In this document: one piece after another, positions 1 through 14,149 of the stretch
How the letters are laid out: the number at the start of each line of letters is the position of its first letter
Numbering within the stretch: position 1 is the stretch's first letter
Origin: Mytilus trossulus
Lineage: Eukaryota
Assembly: GCF_036588685.1 (NCBI RefSeq)
Contig: NC_086374.1
Span: 16,244,001 to 16,308,000, forward strand
Direction of reading: 5' to 3'
Length of the DNA stretch: 64,000 nt
The notes under the pieces: generated by a model
What the model was told of the DNA's origin: nothing
Seen by the model: the letters and a program-made list of their open reading frames with translations, nothing else
Database searches by the model: none
Position numbers and translations under genes: made by a program

Positions 1-1346
1 CCTAAACTTTATATTCTTAATAATATTAATGTTACCATTTACTTTTCAGTTTGATCCAATTTGACAAAAGATTATATATTCATCATAATACTATTTTTTT
101 CGATACATTATTATCTAATTATAGCTATTTTAACAAGAAACTTCCCTGTAGAGATTCGCCGCGATATAGCCTGTTTGTGCTAATGCGGCGTAAAGCAACC
201 AACAATCAATCAATCCCTGTAGAGATCAATTTCTGACGAATCTTGACAATAACTGATAATAACGTTATTTCCCAGAAATTTTCCTCACAAGTTTTAATTT
301 AAATGAAGTATCTTTTATGTGTCACTTTAACAAGTTAATAACCGTCTTAGTATATGATATTAAGCCTCTTGGACTTTATAACACATGCCTTCAAACCAGC
401 CATTACTACCATCTAAACAGAAAAATCACCAAATATACAGTGTAATATAAATGTACTGTAATAAAAACAAATGCTTGAATAAAAACAAAAGTATTCAAGA
501 TGTTTGTTTCGGGCTTTATATTGAAAAGAAGCCGAACTTTTCCAAAAGGGGATGATAAAGAGACGTACATTTTATAATTTCTGACAAAGTATTGTTAATT
601 AAAACACGTTTGTGTTTACAATTGCCGTTGGGGTCGTTTGTGAAGAGTGAAATAAAGAATTTAGAAACTCGTCAACTTGTAAATAACAAATCTAAATCAG
701 AAGAAAATTGTATATGAATTGTATAAATTCAGTGTCCTCAAAATAAAACTAAAAAAGAATAGGGTTTTTTTTTGTCACAGTATTTTCCATCACTTTAAAT
801 TTCCTTGTATAATGTATGTGCTCTATGATTTGTATAGGAGTTTCAGTTCAATAGGGAAGTTGAGCTATGCCGGTTATGATTATACAGAAAGTTCGAGCTA
901 TGCCGGGTATGATTAAACAAATCAACACATCGCATTTAAATCGTTTAACATCTAGCATATCATGAACAAGCATAATTCTTCCTGAAAAAAATCATTATAT
1001 AAAAAAGAAAGTTAAAACAAAATGCGTCTAATCTAGCAGTTTTGGTTGTAGGTATCTTGAAATCATTCCAAAGCAGTGATATTACGTTAACTGTTTTTTT
1101 TCTAAAATTTAAATGAAGCTTTCGTCTTTTGACAGACAAGTCAATTTAAATAAATTAAGGCTATACGAAACTAGTTTATTTTATTTCTAGATTTCATTAA
1201 ATAGTATGAGCTAAGCAGATTATAGTTTGGTGACTATATTGTGTAATTTGGTTGTTTTCAAATTTGTCTGGTGGGGGTCATAATGATGGACCATTCTTGT
1301 CGTAGTTTTGTTGTTGTTGTTTTTGTTTTGTACGGGGGAGGTAAAA

Positions 1347-4308
1347 AATGGTTGGTCATTCTTGTCGGCTTGTTGTTATGTTTGAGAAGATGGGGATTTT
1401 GGTTCTAAATGGTTGGTCATTTTTGTTGGCTTGTTGTTATGTTGGGGGAAGGGAATGTTAGTTCACAATGGTTGGTCATTCTTGTCGGCTTGTTGTTATG
1501 TTTGAGAAGATGGGGATTTTGGTTCTAAATGGTTGGTCATTTTTGTTGGCTTTTTGTTATGTTTGAGAAGATGGGGATTTTGGTTCTAAATGGTTGGTCA
1601 TTTTTGTTGGCTTTTTGTTATGTTGGGGGAAGGGAATGTTAGTTCACAATGGTTGGTCATTCTTGTTGGCTTGTTGTTATGTTTGAGAAGATGGGGATTT
1701 TGGTTCTAAATGGTTGGTCATTTTTGTTGGCTTTTTGTTATGTTGGGGGAAGGGAATGTTAGTTCACAATGGTTGGTCATTTTTGTTGGCTTGTTGTTAT
1801 GTTGGGAGAAGGAAATGTTAGTTCACAATGGTTGCATGGTCATTCTTGTTGGTTTGTTGTTATGTTGGGAGAAGGAAATGTTAGTTCACAATGGTTGGTC
1901 ATTTTTGTTGGCTTTTTGTTATGTTGGGAGAAGGAAATGTTAGTTCACAATGGTTGGTCATTCTTGTTGGTTTGTTGTTATGTTGGGAGAAGGAAATGTT
2001 AGTTCACAATGGTTGGTCATTCTTGTTGGTTTGTTGTTATGTTGGGAGAAGGAAATGTTAGTTCACAATGGTTGGTCATTTTTGTTGGCTTTTTGTTATG
2101 TTGGGAGAAGGAAATGTTAGTTCACAATGGTTGGTCATTCTTGTTGGTTTGTTGTTATGTTGGGAGAAGGAAATGTTAGTTCACAATGGTTGGTCATTTT
2201 TGTTGGCTTGTTGTTGTGTTGGGAGAAGGAAATGTTAGTTCACAATGGTTGCATGGTCATTCTTGTTGGTTTGTTGTTATGTTGGGAGAAGGAAATGTTA
2301 GTTCACAATGGTTGGTCATTTTTGTTGGCTTTTTGTTATGTTGGGAGAAGGAAATGTTAGTTCACAATGGTTGGTCATTCTTGTTGGTTTGTTGTTATGT
2401 TGGGAGAAGGAAATGTTAGTTCACAATGGTTGGTCATTCTTGTTGGTTTGTTGTTATGTTGGGAGAAGGAAATGTTAGTTCACAATGGTTGGTCATTCTT
2501 GTTGGCTTGTTGTTATGTTGGGGGAAGGAAATGTTAGTTCACAATGGTTGGTCATTCTTGTTGGTTTGTTGTTATGTTGGGGGAAGGAAATGTTAGTTCA
2601 CAATGGTTGGTCATTCTTGTTGGCTTGTTGTTATGTTGGGGGAAGGAAATGTTAGTTCACAATGGTTGGTCATTCTTGTTGGCTTGTTGTTATGTTGGGA
2701 GAAGGAAATGTTAGTTCACAATGGTTGGTCATTCTTGTTGGCTTGTTGTTATGTTGGGGGAAGGAAATGTTAGTTCACAATGGTTGGTCATTCTTGTTGG
2801 TTTGTTGTTATGTTGGGGGAAGGAAATGTTAGTTCACAATGGTTGGTCATTCTTGTTGGCTTGTTGTTATGTTGGGGGAAGGAAATGTTAGTTCACAATG
2901 GTTGGTCATTTTTGTTGGCTTGTTGTTATGTTGGGAGAAGGAAATGTTAGTTCACAATGGTTGGTCATTTTTGTTGGCTTTTTGTTGTGTTGGGAGAAGG
3001 AAATGTTAGTTCACAATGGTTGGTCATTTTTGTTGGCTTTTTGTTATGTTTGAGAAGATGGGGATTTTGGTTCTAAATGGTTGGTCATTCTTGTTGGCTT
3101 GTTGTTATGTTGGGAGAAGGAAATGTTAGTTCACAATGGTTGGTCATTTTTGTTGGCTTGTTGTTATGTTGGGAGAAGGAAATGTTAGTTCACAATGGTT
3201 GGTCATTCTTGTTGGCTTGTTGTTATGTTTGAGAAGATGGGGATTTTGGTTCTAAATGGTTGGTCATTCTTGTTGGCTTGTTGTTATGTTGGGAGAAGGA
3301 AATGTTAGTTCACAATGGTTGGTCATTTTTGTTGGCTTGTTGTTATGTTGGGAGAAGGAAATGTTAGTTCACAATGGTTGGTCATTTTTGTTGGCTTGTT
3401 GTTATGTTGGGGGAAGGGAATGTTAGTTCACAATGGTTGGTCATTCTTGTCGGCTTGTTGTTATGTTTGGGAAGATGGGGATTTTGGTTCTAAATGGTTG
3501 GTCATTTTTGTTGGCTTGTTGTTATGTTGGGGGAAGGGAATGTTAGTTCACAATGGTTGGTCATTCTTGTTGGCTTGTTGTTATGTTGGGGGAAGATGGG
3601 GATTTTGGTTCTAAATGGTTGGTCATTCTTGTCGGCTTGTTGTTATGTTGGGGGAAGGGAATGTTAGTTCACAATGGTTGATCATTCTTGTTGGCTTGTT
3701 GTTATGTTGGGGGAAGGGAATGTTAGTTCACAATGGTTGGTCATTCTTGTCGGCTTGTTGTTATGTTTGAGAAGATGGGGATTTTGGTTCTAAATGGTTG
3801 GTCATTCTTGTCGGCTTGTTGTTATGTTGGGGGAAGGGAATGTTAGTTCACAATGGTTGGTCATTCTTGTTGGCTTGTTGTTATGTTGGGGGAAGGGAAT
3901 GTTAGTTCACAATGGTTGGTCATTCTTGTTGGTTTGTTGTTATGTCTGGGAGAAGGGGATTTTGGTTCTAAATGGTTGGTCATTCTTGTCGGCTTGTTGT
4001 TATGTTTGAGAAGATGGGGATTTTGGTTCTAAATGGTTGGTCATTCTTGTCGGCTTGTTGTTATGTTTGAGAAGATGGGGATTTTGGTTCTAAATGGTTG
4101 GTCATTCTTGTCGGCTTGTTGTTATGTTTGAGAAGATGGGGATTTTGGTTCTAAATGGTTGGTCATTCTTGTCGGCTTGTTGTTATGTTTGAGAAGATGG
4201 GGATTTTGGTTCTAAATGGTTGGTCATTTTTGTTGGCTTGTTGTTATGTTTGAGAAGATGGGGATTTTGGTTCTAAATGGTTGGTCATTTTTGTTGGCTT
4301 GTTGTTAT
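1347..4308. repeat. Minisatellite, about 50 units of two types (59 bp and 61 bp) sharing a common ~35-bp head
   Basis: Unit A is aatggttggtcattYttgttggYttgttgttatgttgggRgaaggRaatgttagttcac (59 bp; e.g. 2425->2484). Unit B is aatggttggtcattYttgtYggcttgttgttatgtttgagaagatggggattttggttcta (61 bp; e.g. 3971->4032). A degenerate precursor unit lies at about 1282-1345. Confidence 0.97.
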
Positions 4309-7244
4309 TTTTTTTTATTGTTTTTAAAGATGTTTTCTGGACGTGAATCATAGTACATACTTTACTAGCTAATTAGAACTTCAAAGAGTTTGTTATTTTT
4401 TTTATATAGAATCATATTCGAAACAGTGTGGTCCTGGCCATTGATTGACGACCTAAATTATCCCATTGACTGGGACAAATTAGGTGAACGTTCGTCTGTA
4501 ACGACCATTGCTCACTTCTTACTTATTAAAGAATTTAAACTGTAGGGTCACCAAAGGTTCTTAACGCCAACGCGTACTTTTCATGTATAATACGTGTAAT
4601 TTAACGTTCAATTATACATGTATACAGACGTGACGTATAGACATCAATTAACGAATGAATCAGTGTAAAATAATAACTGCATTAGCAGTAAATCAAAGCA
4701 AATCGTTCAATTATTCCAAGATCAACATGTAGAAGGACTATAAATCAGCTTTACGACTTGTTATTCTACAAGTTTCGTGATCTCAACAGTTGTAGACTAC
4801 CGTTTGATTTGATCAGATATTGTAATACGCTCTCAAATGTTTTATACATTTTGCTTCCCAAAGTCTGTTTACCTGATGAAGGTTCATTTTAGAAACACGT
4901 GGGCGACTGCAAAATGTATCTTATATTAATTTTACATATATCTGATTGTAATCAAATTATAAGATATCAACCTCGCATTCGTTTACTTGGACTTCAAATA
5001 CATCTTTGCCATTTCATCGTATGTTTCAGTTGAATTGATGAATATGATAACTATAGGACTTTGAACCCGTGCATGGAAATAATATTCTTCGCACTGCTTT
5101 GATTATTGAAGAAGATATTTCCTTAACTATGATTATATTTGATTTGCAACAAACAATTAGGCCATCAGATTTCAAGGCCATAGGTTGCATAATATTTATA
5201 TAAATTATAATAGAAGTCCGAAAAAAATGTGGAAAAAAAAACTTAGAACAATTCTATAAAATTAGGTGCATAACTTCCACATGTATACGGCAATCTTCAC
5301 GTGACGGCATATGGTTCTTGGTTAAAAACTGTAGGAGGAATTGAACACTTATAGTCTCTTTCAAAAGTATGAAAAATGAGAAAAATATCCAAAGTTTCGT
5401 AAAAGCAGGTTCATAATTTTAACAAATGCACATGTTTCATGGATTTGGGTTTGAAACTGTAGGAGAAGTTTAAATAAAATTACACTCTATAAATTTTGAT
5501 GAAAAAGACTTAAGTTCTCAATCGACTTTGTTCAACCCGACCAAAAAAATGAATAAACATTCATGGTTTGGTGGTAATTAACTTCATAGATACTCAGCAT
5601 AGAAACCAGGCTTCACGTTTCATACACCATTTACCAAAGACTTGACGTAATGTGCAAAGTTAAAGTGCATTGAGGATCTAAAACTCCAAAAGGTTGTGTC
5701 AAATATACAGATATGGTGATATATTATTGTCACTGTCACTGTGTGTAGTAAATAAAGTATGATGTCAAAAAGATTCGAGAAAGGAAAAAAATAAAGCTAG
5801 CCATTAACGATCAAATATTGTTCGCTTTTTCAGATCACCTGCGTCCCTGACACCATCACTAAACAAGAAACGCAGTAAATTAAACTCTAAATATTTAAAT
5901 ATCAAAGCACGTTCTTTGTACTTTGCTAATTTAGCATCCTCGGTACTTTATCTGTGAGCAGAATCAGATGTTATATAACTGATAACAATCTAATACGTTA
6001 ACACAGGAAATGTTAAGGATTTATTTGTATCAGCTAACACAGATAAATACCTCCCGCTAAATGGTGAACATGTAAACACTATCTCCCAGTCAAAACAAAC
6101 CGCGATGCAACCAGTGCACTAAACCTCGTTGGCAGTTTTCACCTATCAAGTTCAAGTAAATTGTTCTTTGATATTTTGCAGGGCAACTTGATTTAGAAAC
6201 ATTCTAATCAAATTTACTGCAGGCGATCAAAATTCTGCAAGATCTCTGTTCAATACATGAATACTCCGATTGAAAAAGATTTGTTTGCTCATGTTTAGGA
6301 CTAACCTATCTCCTTTATATAAGTCTAAGTTAATAAGTGTAATATCTTTTAATACGAAAATAGAAAATATACGAGCTAATAGTTGAACATCAATTAGCGG
6401 ACTGTCCGGAATTAACAAAGACTGAACACATAATGCAGTCCCCTCATCACAATATATCGGATGTGTGCTTAAATGACGTCACTCCTTTTGTAATTGACAG
6501 GTGCTTTAATAACGCCATAAAATATGTATAAAATACCTTAATTTAGAATATGGCTATAAACCTCGTAATTAAATCTGCGTCATTCACAATTTGAAAGAAT
6601 AACAAGGCTAATAAATTTTAAAGAAAAGCACATCAAAGTGCAATTATACAACTACATATAGAACTGATAACGAAGAAAGCTAGAACAGATAATAATGCAA
6701 GACATACAAACATGTTGTTTTGCAGGCTTTGTTTCCTTACTGACTGTATTTTCCAGTAGTATGGATGCAATATTTGCCACTGGACATGATATTGAACATC
6801 ATGTCGTAAAACAAAGATATTCATCAACAGTAAAAAAAATAAATATGTTTGTTGCATAAGATAAATGCATAAAAAATTTCTTATGTATTCTAAATTACCA
6901 TGTACGTTGGTAGAGCAATTTTTCCCTTGATTTTGCAAATTCTATATCTATAACTAATCTGCAAATCAGCTTCAGTCACACCTCATCATTTCTCTAGATT
7001 AATTAGAATCGAACGTATATTTACACAAAACTGAAGGAAAAGTTAATTATAACAAATACCGTCAATGAAAACATAATTAACAAAACTAAACGGCCTGAAC
7101 ACTGGTGATTTCGTTTTATCATGGTCTCCGTTGCGGAATTTTCTTCTGATTAATTCAAAGTTTTGTTAATCTCATATTCTCTTCTAAAATTGAAAGGCAA
7201 TATATTGCAGATACATCTTTGTCTTTTTAATACACTTGACTCAA

Positions 7245-7400
7245 AGATATCGACAGTGTTGAGACCGAAACAATAAAGAGAAATAACTTAATTTTTCATT
7301 GTAAACTTTCCCTTTTTAGGTAGAAGCATTCCAGTAAAACCTTTATTCGGAGTACATGTATATATGTGTCCCAGATACGTAAATATTTCAGAGCTTGTCA
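7245..7400 (+). mobile_element. Degraded Penelope-like retroelement RT C-terminal fragment
   Basis: From 7298 the sequence translates as IVNFPFLGRSIPVKPLFGV. This resembles the 'DDFNFPIVNFPFLSSNIPAAPAYGVYISQLIRY' motif of Penelope-like elements common in bivalves. The flanks are frameshifted. Recognised from memory, not searched. Confidence 0.5.
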
Positions 7401-8153
7401 ATCCTATCGGTATTTCTTTGAAATATATGTGTTTCTTACTACGAAGGATACCTTACTATACTGGGAGTAATAAACGATACCTTTTAGGAGATCAAGATTT
7501 TGACCTGTATTATAGAGTACCACAGGATATGCTTTATTTGGTAATAACAACATCCATAATCGATGACCGTGCGGAACAGAACAGATGATTTTTTTATTGA
7601 AATTTATGTAAGAATAAAATGACAAGATGGTTAATGTTAATGAAACATCAACACATACAAAAGCAACAAGCAAAAGACATCTAAAGGGAAACATTATCTT
7701 CAACAACAGCCATGTGCCTAAACTAAATTTCAAAAGTCTTGCTGTAAGGAAAGTGGCCGTCATACATTTAATATCAGTTGGTGTTCTTCACATTCTTCAC
7801 AGAAGATTTCAAATAGCAATTTGCTCGACTTTATGTTTTGTTCAAACTGCACATCTGACATATTAAGCTTCGATTTTACTAAAATTCCTGGCTTATAATG
7901 TTTCAATTAACTCCATTAAACGATAAATGTTCGAAGCAACTGATAACGAATTAACTAGTTTAGAAACATTTTTTTGGTACATATAAATATAAAGGAAATT
8001 CTGATATTAAATCAACACGTTACGGAATTGATCGATGTTTTGAATGACTAGAGTTAATTAATTAACTCAAAGAAAAGCTTTATTGCTTTCTAATTCTATG
8101 AGATTTCAACTGACTTGTATTTACATTTCCGTAGCAAATATTAATCTGATTCC

Positions 8154-8780
8154 TTCTATCTAAGTAAATATCTTTGGACGAGACTTAACGTATGTCTGCC
8201 TTAACCTAACATCACCGTTACAGTCATGTCATTCTATCTAAGTAAATATCTTTGGACGAGACTTAACGTATGTCTGCCTTAACCTAACATCACCGTTACA
8301 GTCATGTCATTCTATCTAAGTAAATATCTTTGGACGAGACTTAACGTATGTCTGCCTTAACCTAACATCCCCGTTACAGTCATGTCATTCTATCTAAGTA
8401 AATATCTTTGAACGAGACTTAACGTATGTCTGCCTTAACCTAACATCACCGTTACAGTCATGTCATTCTATCTAAGTAAATATCTTTGGACGAGACTTAA
8501 CGTATGTCTGCCTTAACCTAACATCACCGTTACAGTCATGTCATTCTATCTAAGTAAATATCTTTGAACGAGACTTAACGTATGTCTGCCTTAACCTAAC
8601 ATCACCGTTACAGTCATGTCATTCTATCTAAGTAAATATCTTTGGACGAGACTTAACGTATGTCTGCCTTAACCTAACATCACCGTTACAGTCATGTCAT
8701 TCTATCTAAGTAAATATCTTTGGACGAGACTTAACGTATGTCTGCCTTAACCTAACATCACCGTTACAGTCATGTCATTC
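8154..8780. repeat. Tandem repeat, 78-bp unit x 8, nearly identical copies
   Basis: Unit ttctatctaagtaaatatctttggacgagacttaacgtatgtctgccttaacctaacatcaccgttacagtcatgtca starts at 8154, 8232, and so on. Only rare single-base differences (ttgga/ttgaa, catca/catcc). Confidence 0.98.
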
Positions 8781-10230
8781 GATGTGGAAAATTGTTCGAG
8801 ACTCTCGCATATCGATAAAAAAAATATACTGCAGACTTCTATAGAGGTAGTGTTTTAAAGAAATGGACAATGTCCAACATTGTAGACTAGAATATTAACT
8901 ATGAATATAATCTCTTTTGATTGATCCTGTATTGCTGCTATATATTTATTTACTGTTTCTCAGCATATGCTATTAAGCTTTTGCCCCAGACACAAAAAAG
9001 TTAAAACAAATCGTCATTAAAGGCCAATAAGTTCTATAAAAAGACGACCTACAGTTTTGTATGGTATGCTTGTATATTTGTAGATCGTGTCTTGTCGATG
9101 ACTTTTCTTTTCAAAGTTTCTATCTATATTCAGTTTTTCAAGATAAAAAACAAAACTTAAACGTTTGGTAAACATTGAAACTTTTTAAAAGGGGACTAAC
9201 TCTTACAAATGGTTAATTTATGTTTACAGTAATATTGATTTATTTGCAGATCTTGTCTTGGGGATAATATTTGGTATTTAAAAATATTCTGTGTTCGAAA
9301 ATGTTTGAAATAATAGACAATATCAAAAATAAAATAAACAATAAAAAATTGTCATTTCAGGGTAACAACTCATATAAGGATATGACTGCTGAATTGCCAT
9401 ATAGACTTACAAATGTATTTGTCAATCTTTTGGCTGCTTTTTAACGTTAAATGTGCTCCTGTTTCATTTTGCTATTTGAAATTAGAATTTTCTTCAGATT
9501 TAATCAGTAACATATTTGCATAATTTAGATTTTGTAGATACTGAAGAGATTATAACAGTGATATCGTAATGATGATTGCACTGAAGTTAAATGATTTGCA
9601 ATCATACAGAATATTGTTCATGATTAAATTCATGTAAGGCATACAAAACCAATGTGAGGTTAACTTGTTAGTACGGTTACTTTCCAAGAAACACTTGTTA
9701 AAATTGTTTAGCCTTTTCTAGAAAGAAAAATATTTGATCAAATTTAATCATTATTTGGATTTACTAATATTTAAACAATTCTTCCGCATATTCATAAGAC
9801 ACGAATGGGTGGAAGTACTCTTGCTATTGTAGGTACATAAAGGTGTTTGAAAGGTCATACACAATAAATTCTGAAGTATAAATTTTACTTTTGTGTTAAG
9901 TTGTACTGTAGGTATTCTCATCCTTTGGTGTTTAGTAAAAAGCTTTCTCATTGGCACTCACGTCTCCTATAGTCCAAACACCGGCCTGTCGGTCGTTATC
10001 AACGTAAACATAAGAATGGATTGGTATCTTAAAAAGGTTTTTTTCGATACTGGATCAAATATCTACAGAAAAAAATCGTTTAGTAAAATTCCGTAAAGTC
10101 ATTTAAATTTTGAATATGCTATGTTAAGCAGCATGACAGCAATATGTCGAAACCTGCAGGATTCAGTTGTTCATTGCTTAATTTTTTATGCTGTTAAGGA
10201 AGTCATGGAAAGAAACGAAAAGCTGGGAAT

Positions 10231-10860
10231 AACAAGAATGTGTCCAAAGTACACGGATGCCCCACTCAATCATTTTCAATGTTCCATGGACCGTGAAATA
10301 GGGTAAAAATCTAATTTGGCATTAAAATTAGAAAGATTTTACTGTAGGGAACATGTGTACTAAGTTTCAAGTTGATTGGACTTCAATTTCCTCAATAACT
10401 ACCTTGACCAAAAACTTTAATCTGAAACTCCCACTTTCATTTTCTATGTTAAGTGGACCATGAAATTGGGATCAAAAGTCTAATTTGGCTTTAAAATAAG
10501 AAAGATCATATCATAAGCAACAAGTGTACTAAGTTTCAAGTTGATTGGACTTCATCTTCATCAAAAACTACCTTGACCAAAAACTTTAACCTGAAACTCC
10601 CACTTTCATTTTCTATGTTCAATGGACCGTGAAATTGGGGTCGAAAGTCTAATTTGGCTTTAAAATAAGAAAGATCATATCATAAGCAACAAGTGTACTA
10701 AGTTTCAAGTTGATTGGACTTCAGCTTCATCAAAAACTACCTTGACCAAAAACTTTAACCTGAAGTGGGACGAACGAACGGACGAACGAACGGACGGACG
10801 AACGGAGGCACAGACCAGAAAACATAATGCCCCTCTACTATCGTAGGTGGGGCATAAAAA
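10231..10860 (+). mobile_element. Intact non-autonomous pearl/HINE-like (Helentron-associated) element, family 1, with 3 internal ~168-bp repeats
   Basis: It has a 5' AACAAGA and a subterminal atgcccc. Three ~167-169-bp core repeats start at 10273, 10440 and 10609. A (GACG/GAAC)n microsatellite lies at about 10769-10806, followed by the 3' hairpin atgcccctctac-tatc-gtaggtggggcat and AAAAA. No TSD. Confidence 0.8.
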
Positions 10861-12456
10861 TTATCGAATTAATGGCGATATCGATAATATGAATTACTGT
10901 TGGGATTTGATATCGGTAGTATTATATCGTGTTACAGCAGTTAACATGTACTACCCTCTAACAATTCCTATTATATAAACGGATTATTATTACACTTTCT
11001 TCTACGTCATTTGATCTAAGATGAAGAGTTGTGTATTGCCAATCATATCATCATCTTAAATTTATAACAATTAAAGAAACGGTATAGATAAAAGTTATGA
11101 ATGGGATCCAAGTGATGAAAGGATGGGATCCAAGTGATGAAAGTATTGACTCTCATGTGAATAAAAGTAGTATCATGACTTGCAATACATGTAGATCTAT
11201 TCTCTTTTCTGTTCGTATGTAACACGACAATGGACATTAATTTCATGTGATATTATCTGGAGTAAGTTTACAGCATTTCCGAAATGATTACAACCTTTCA
11301 TGTCACGCGATTTTTTTAAAAGAAAATGTGTTATCAATTGTTTTTATATAAAGTAAAGAAAAAACTGATTTTTCATTAAAAAAAAATAAAAATTACATCG
11401 TCTGTCACGAATGGTTGTGGTTTCGGATCTTAAATTGAAAATAATCAATAGTTCTCAATTAAGATCTGAATGACATAACTTATGAATGGCATGTTTAATA
11501 AGTGAACGTCATTCAAATTTAAAGTCAAACAAATTGATAATTCTGTTGATTTTTCAACTACATTAAGAAGTTACATTTTGACAGTTACAGAAATGATTTC
11601 ATCTATAAGTTACATATATAGCGAATTTTTCATAAACATCATGCTCTTGATTTTGAATATGAATAAAAAAATAAGGTTAAAGATGAATTTTATTGAAACA
11701 TCAACACAACAGCTGCTGAACTGAAAATAAAACATGTTGATGTCCAATAGATTCTGTAACCGTGGAGCAATCGTGTGACAATAATCTTAACTTATTCGAG
11801 TATGGAAAGCATAATCAAGAAATTATAGCTTATACTGCATTAGTATTAATATATAAGAAAGTGGAGTAAGATACCAAAGATACATCCAAACTCATAAGTC
11901 GAAAATAAACTGACAATGTCATGGCATAAAAGAAAGACAAAAACAGTACACAAAACACAACATAAAAAACTAAAGACAGGCACCCAACTTGTGGTCTAAA
12001 AACATTGAGGAGAGAGACAGATCCCTTTTGGTATCATCAGAGACATGATCATATAAATACATGTTTTAAAATTACTTATGAAGTGTGTTTGTCGTCTACA
12101 ACAGTTTAATTAAACTGGATTTCTCGATACTAATGAAATGCAACATCTTATGCGAGTTCTTATTGAGTCAGCATTATTTTTACATCACACATTCCGTCTG
12201 TATTATCATCCATTGATTATTAAAACATCGGAAAATTATATTGATTGTATTGTATTTTGTTTTATTTTTTATTTTTGCATTGTTAGATTGGTTTCCGGAA
12301 ATAACACGCATCCCCTTGTTGGTTTATCTCTTCCTAAACCCTGTAGTCGGTTACAAATACTATCACAGTGCGTTATACCCTATGCATGTGTTGTGGTCAA
12401 AGGGGTTACTGAGTGTGCTGAGCCTTTTCATCCTTTTACAAAATCAAACGCATCAT

Positions 12457-12888
12457 AGTCCACTTGTATGCTTGTCCATCTGATGAGTTAAGCCCTTTTC
12501 AACTGATTTTTATAGTTCGTTCTTATGTTGTACTGTTATACCTCTGTCCAAGGTTAGGGGAGGGTTGGGATCCCGCTTACACGTTTAACCCCGGCACATT
12601 ATTTATGTATGATCCGGAAGTCAGGAGCCTGTAATTCAGTGGTTGTCTTTTGTTTTTGTGCTACATATTTGTTTTTCGTTCATTTTTTATATAAATAAGG
12701 CCGTTAGTTTTCTCGTTTGAATTGTTTTACATTGTCATATCAGGGCCTTTTATAACTGACTATGCGGTATGGGCTTTGCTCATTGTTGAAGGCCGTACGG
12801 TTACCTATATTTGTTAATGTCTGTGTCATTTTGGTCTCTTGTGGACAGTTGTCTCATTGGCAATCATACCACATCTTCTTTTTTATAT
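12457..12888 (-). mobile_element. Abundant interspersed repeat (Mytilus Mg1-like family)
   Basis: Reverse complement of the copy at 25405ff (aaaagaagatgtggtatgattgccaatgagacaact...cggccttcaacaatgagcaaagcccataccgcatagtcag). At least 6 copies occur in the window. Confidence 0.8.
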
Positions 12889-14149
12889 CATAGAATTCTA
12901 TTGTGTCATCTTTGTATAAAGGGTATCTGAAATCCTTCTTGTATTTTATTAGTGTGATACAATGTCATTCAATTTGACGTTCTATTTTGTTTTACTTGTT
13001 TGGCTTTCTATTCTCCATTGTAAATATTATAGCTACTCTTGCGTGCTCTATTGCCATGATTACTTTTAATACTGTTAATGTGACAGTTATTTCTACTTGT
13101 TTGAGCGACAAACGAACTCATAATACGACAATATGGTTTTCTTATAAATAATCTATTATTATATAACGGTATAACAAGGAACACACTTATTTATAAAATA
13201 CTATTAAAAGAGTGAATTACTTTTGTACTGTATTCAATTTTCTTTAAATAAAGGACACGAAGTCCATAAATTTTATCAATATTTATTACTTAAAAGTTAA
13301 TGCATTTGCAGTGCTACAAACGGCGACTGTAAATGACTTTGTTTGTAACTAAATCTAAGTCTCTAGTGACAATAACTCGTCCCTTCTATGACAGTTAATA
13401 ATACAGAGTGCGACATATATCAGTTTTCTAATTACATGGCTTATAACCATCTTAAGTAGTCTGTCCAACACAAATTTATAATAACAACTAATGCAATGGT
13501 GAAATAACGATAAAATCGCTTCATTGATAACAAGAAGTGATGTAATCTGTATTATGACAGGAACCGACCAACATTATATAACACGAATATGCTTCTAGAT
13601 GTCATTCTATACATGAAGTCTCAAACAGCAATTACACACACACACTCTCTTTGCCAAGTACTTCGTTTTACAAGTTCTAACCGTCCTGATACTCATTCCC
13701 TAGGGTCTTTTTTTATTTCAAAAAATTGAATGTTCCGATGATCTCCGATCAGCGACTGTGTTAGCCAATGGTTTATATAAATATTTGGAACAAAAAGTTC
13801 TTTGTTTATTAAAACACTGTGGTTCTTGAATTCAAGTATATATTTAGACTACAAAATACCGCGGCAATGCAAAACTGGATAGATATGTCCTGCAGTTCTG
13901 GTTTAAAAACCGTAAAATATTCTTCCTGCGTTTTAACAATCATATTAATACAACCCTTCATATTGTATACATGTCTCAATATCCCACTATCATATGACTA
14001 TCTCCATGTTGATTGTTTTGTTTGTGTGAAAAAAATAAGAAAATGATATAGAAAGGGCATACATATATGCAGTTTTCAACAAAAGACAGATGTCATTGCA
14101 ATATATAAAGTCGTTCCGGGTCCATTAAGGAGTTATCTCATTATTTATG

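Noticed and set aside
1347-4308. CRISPR-like repeat-spacer array, or coding ORFs (MVGHFCW...)
   Set aside because: Only two recurring 'spacers' exist. The ORFs are short translations of the repeat with regular stops and no splice support.
6474-6481. Perfect CRE (TGACGTCA) in an adenylyl cyclase intron, suggesting cAMP feedback
   Set aside because: About one such 8-mer is expected by chance in 64 kb. It is far from the promoter and there are no conservation data.
6633-6938. ORF containing LALLSVLA as possible cyclase exon 3 (expected ERLLLSVLP)
   Set aside because: It lacks ER and the following PxHVAMxMK motif, and has no fitting splice acceptor.
11101-11143. 22-bp tandem duplication (and a ~33-bp one at about 857-920)
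   Set aside because: Ordinary two-copy slippage duplications with no further signal.
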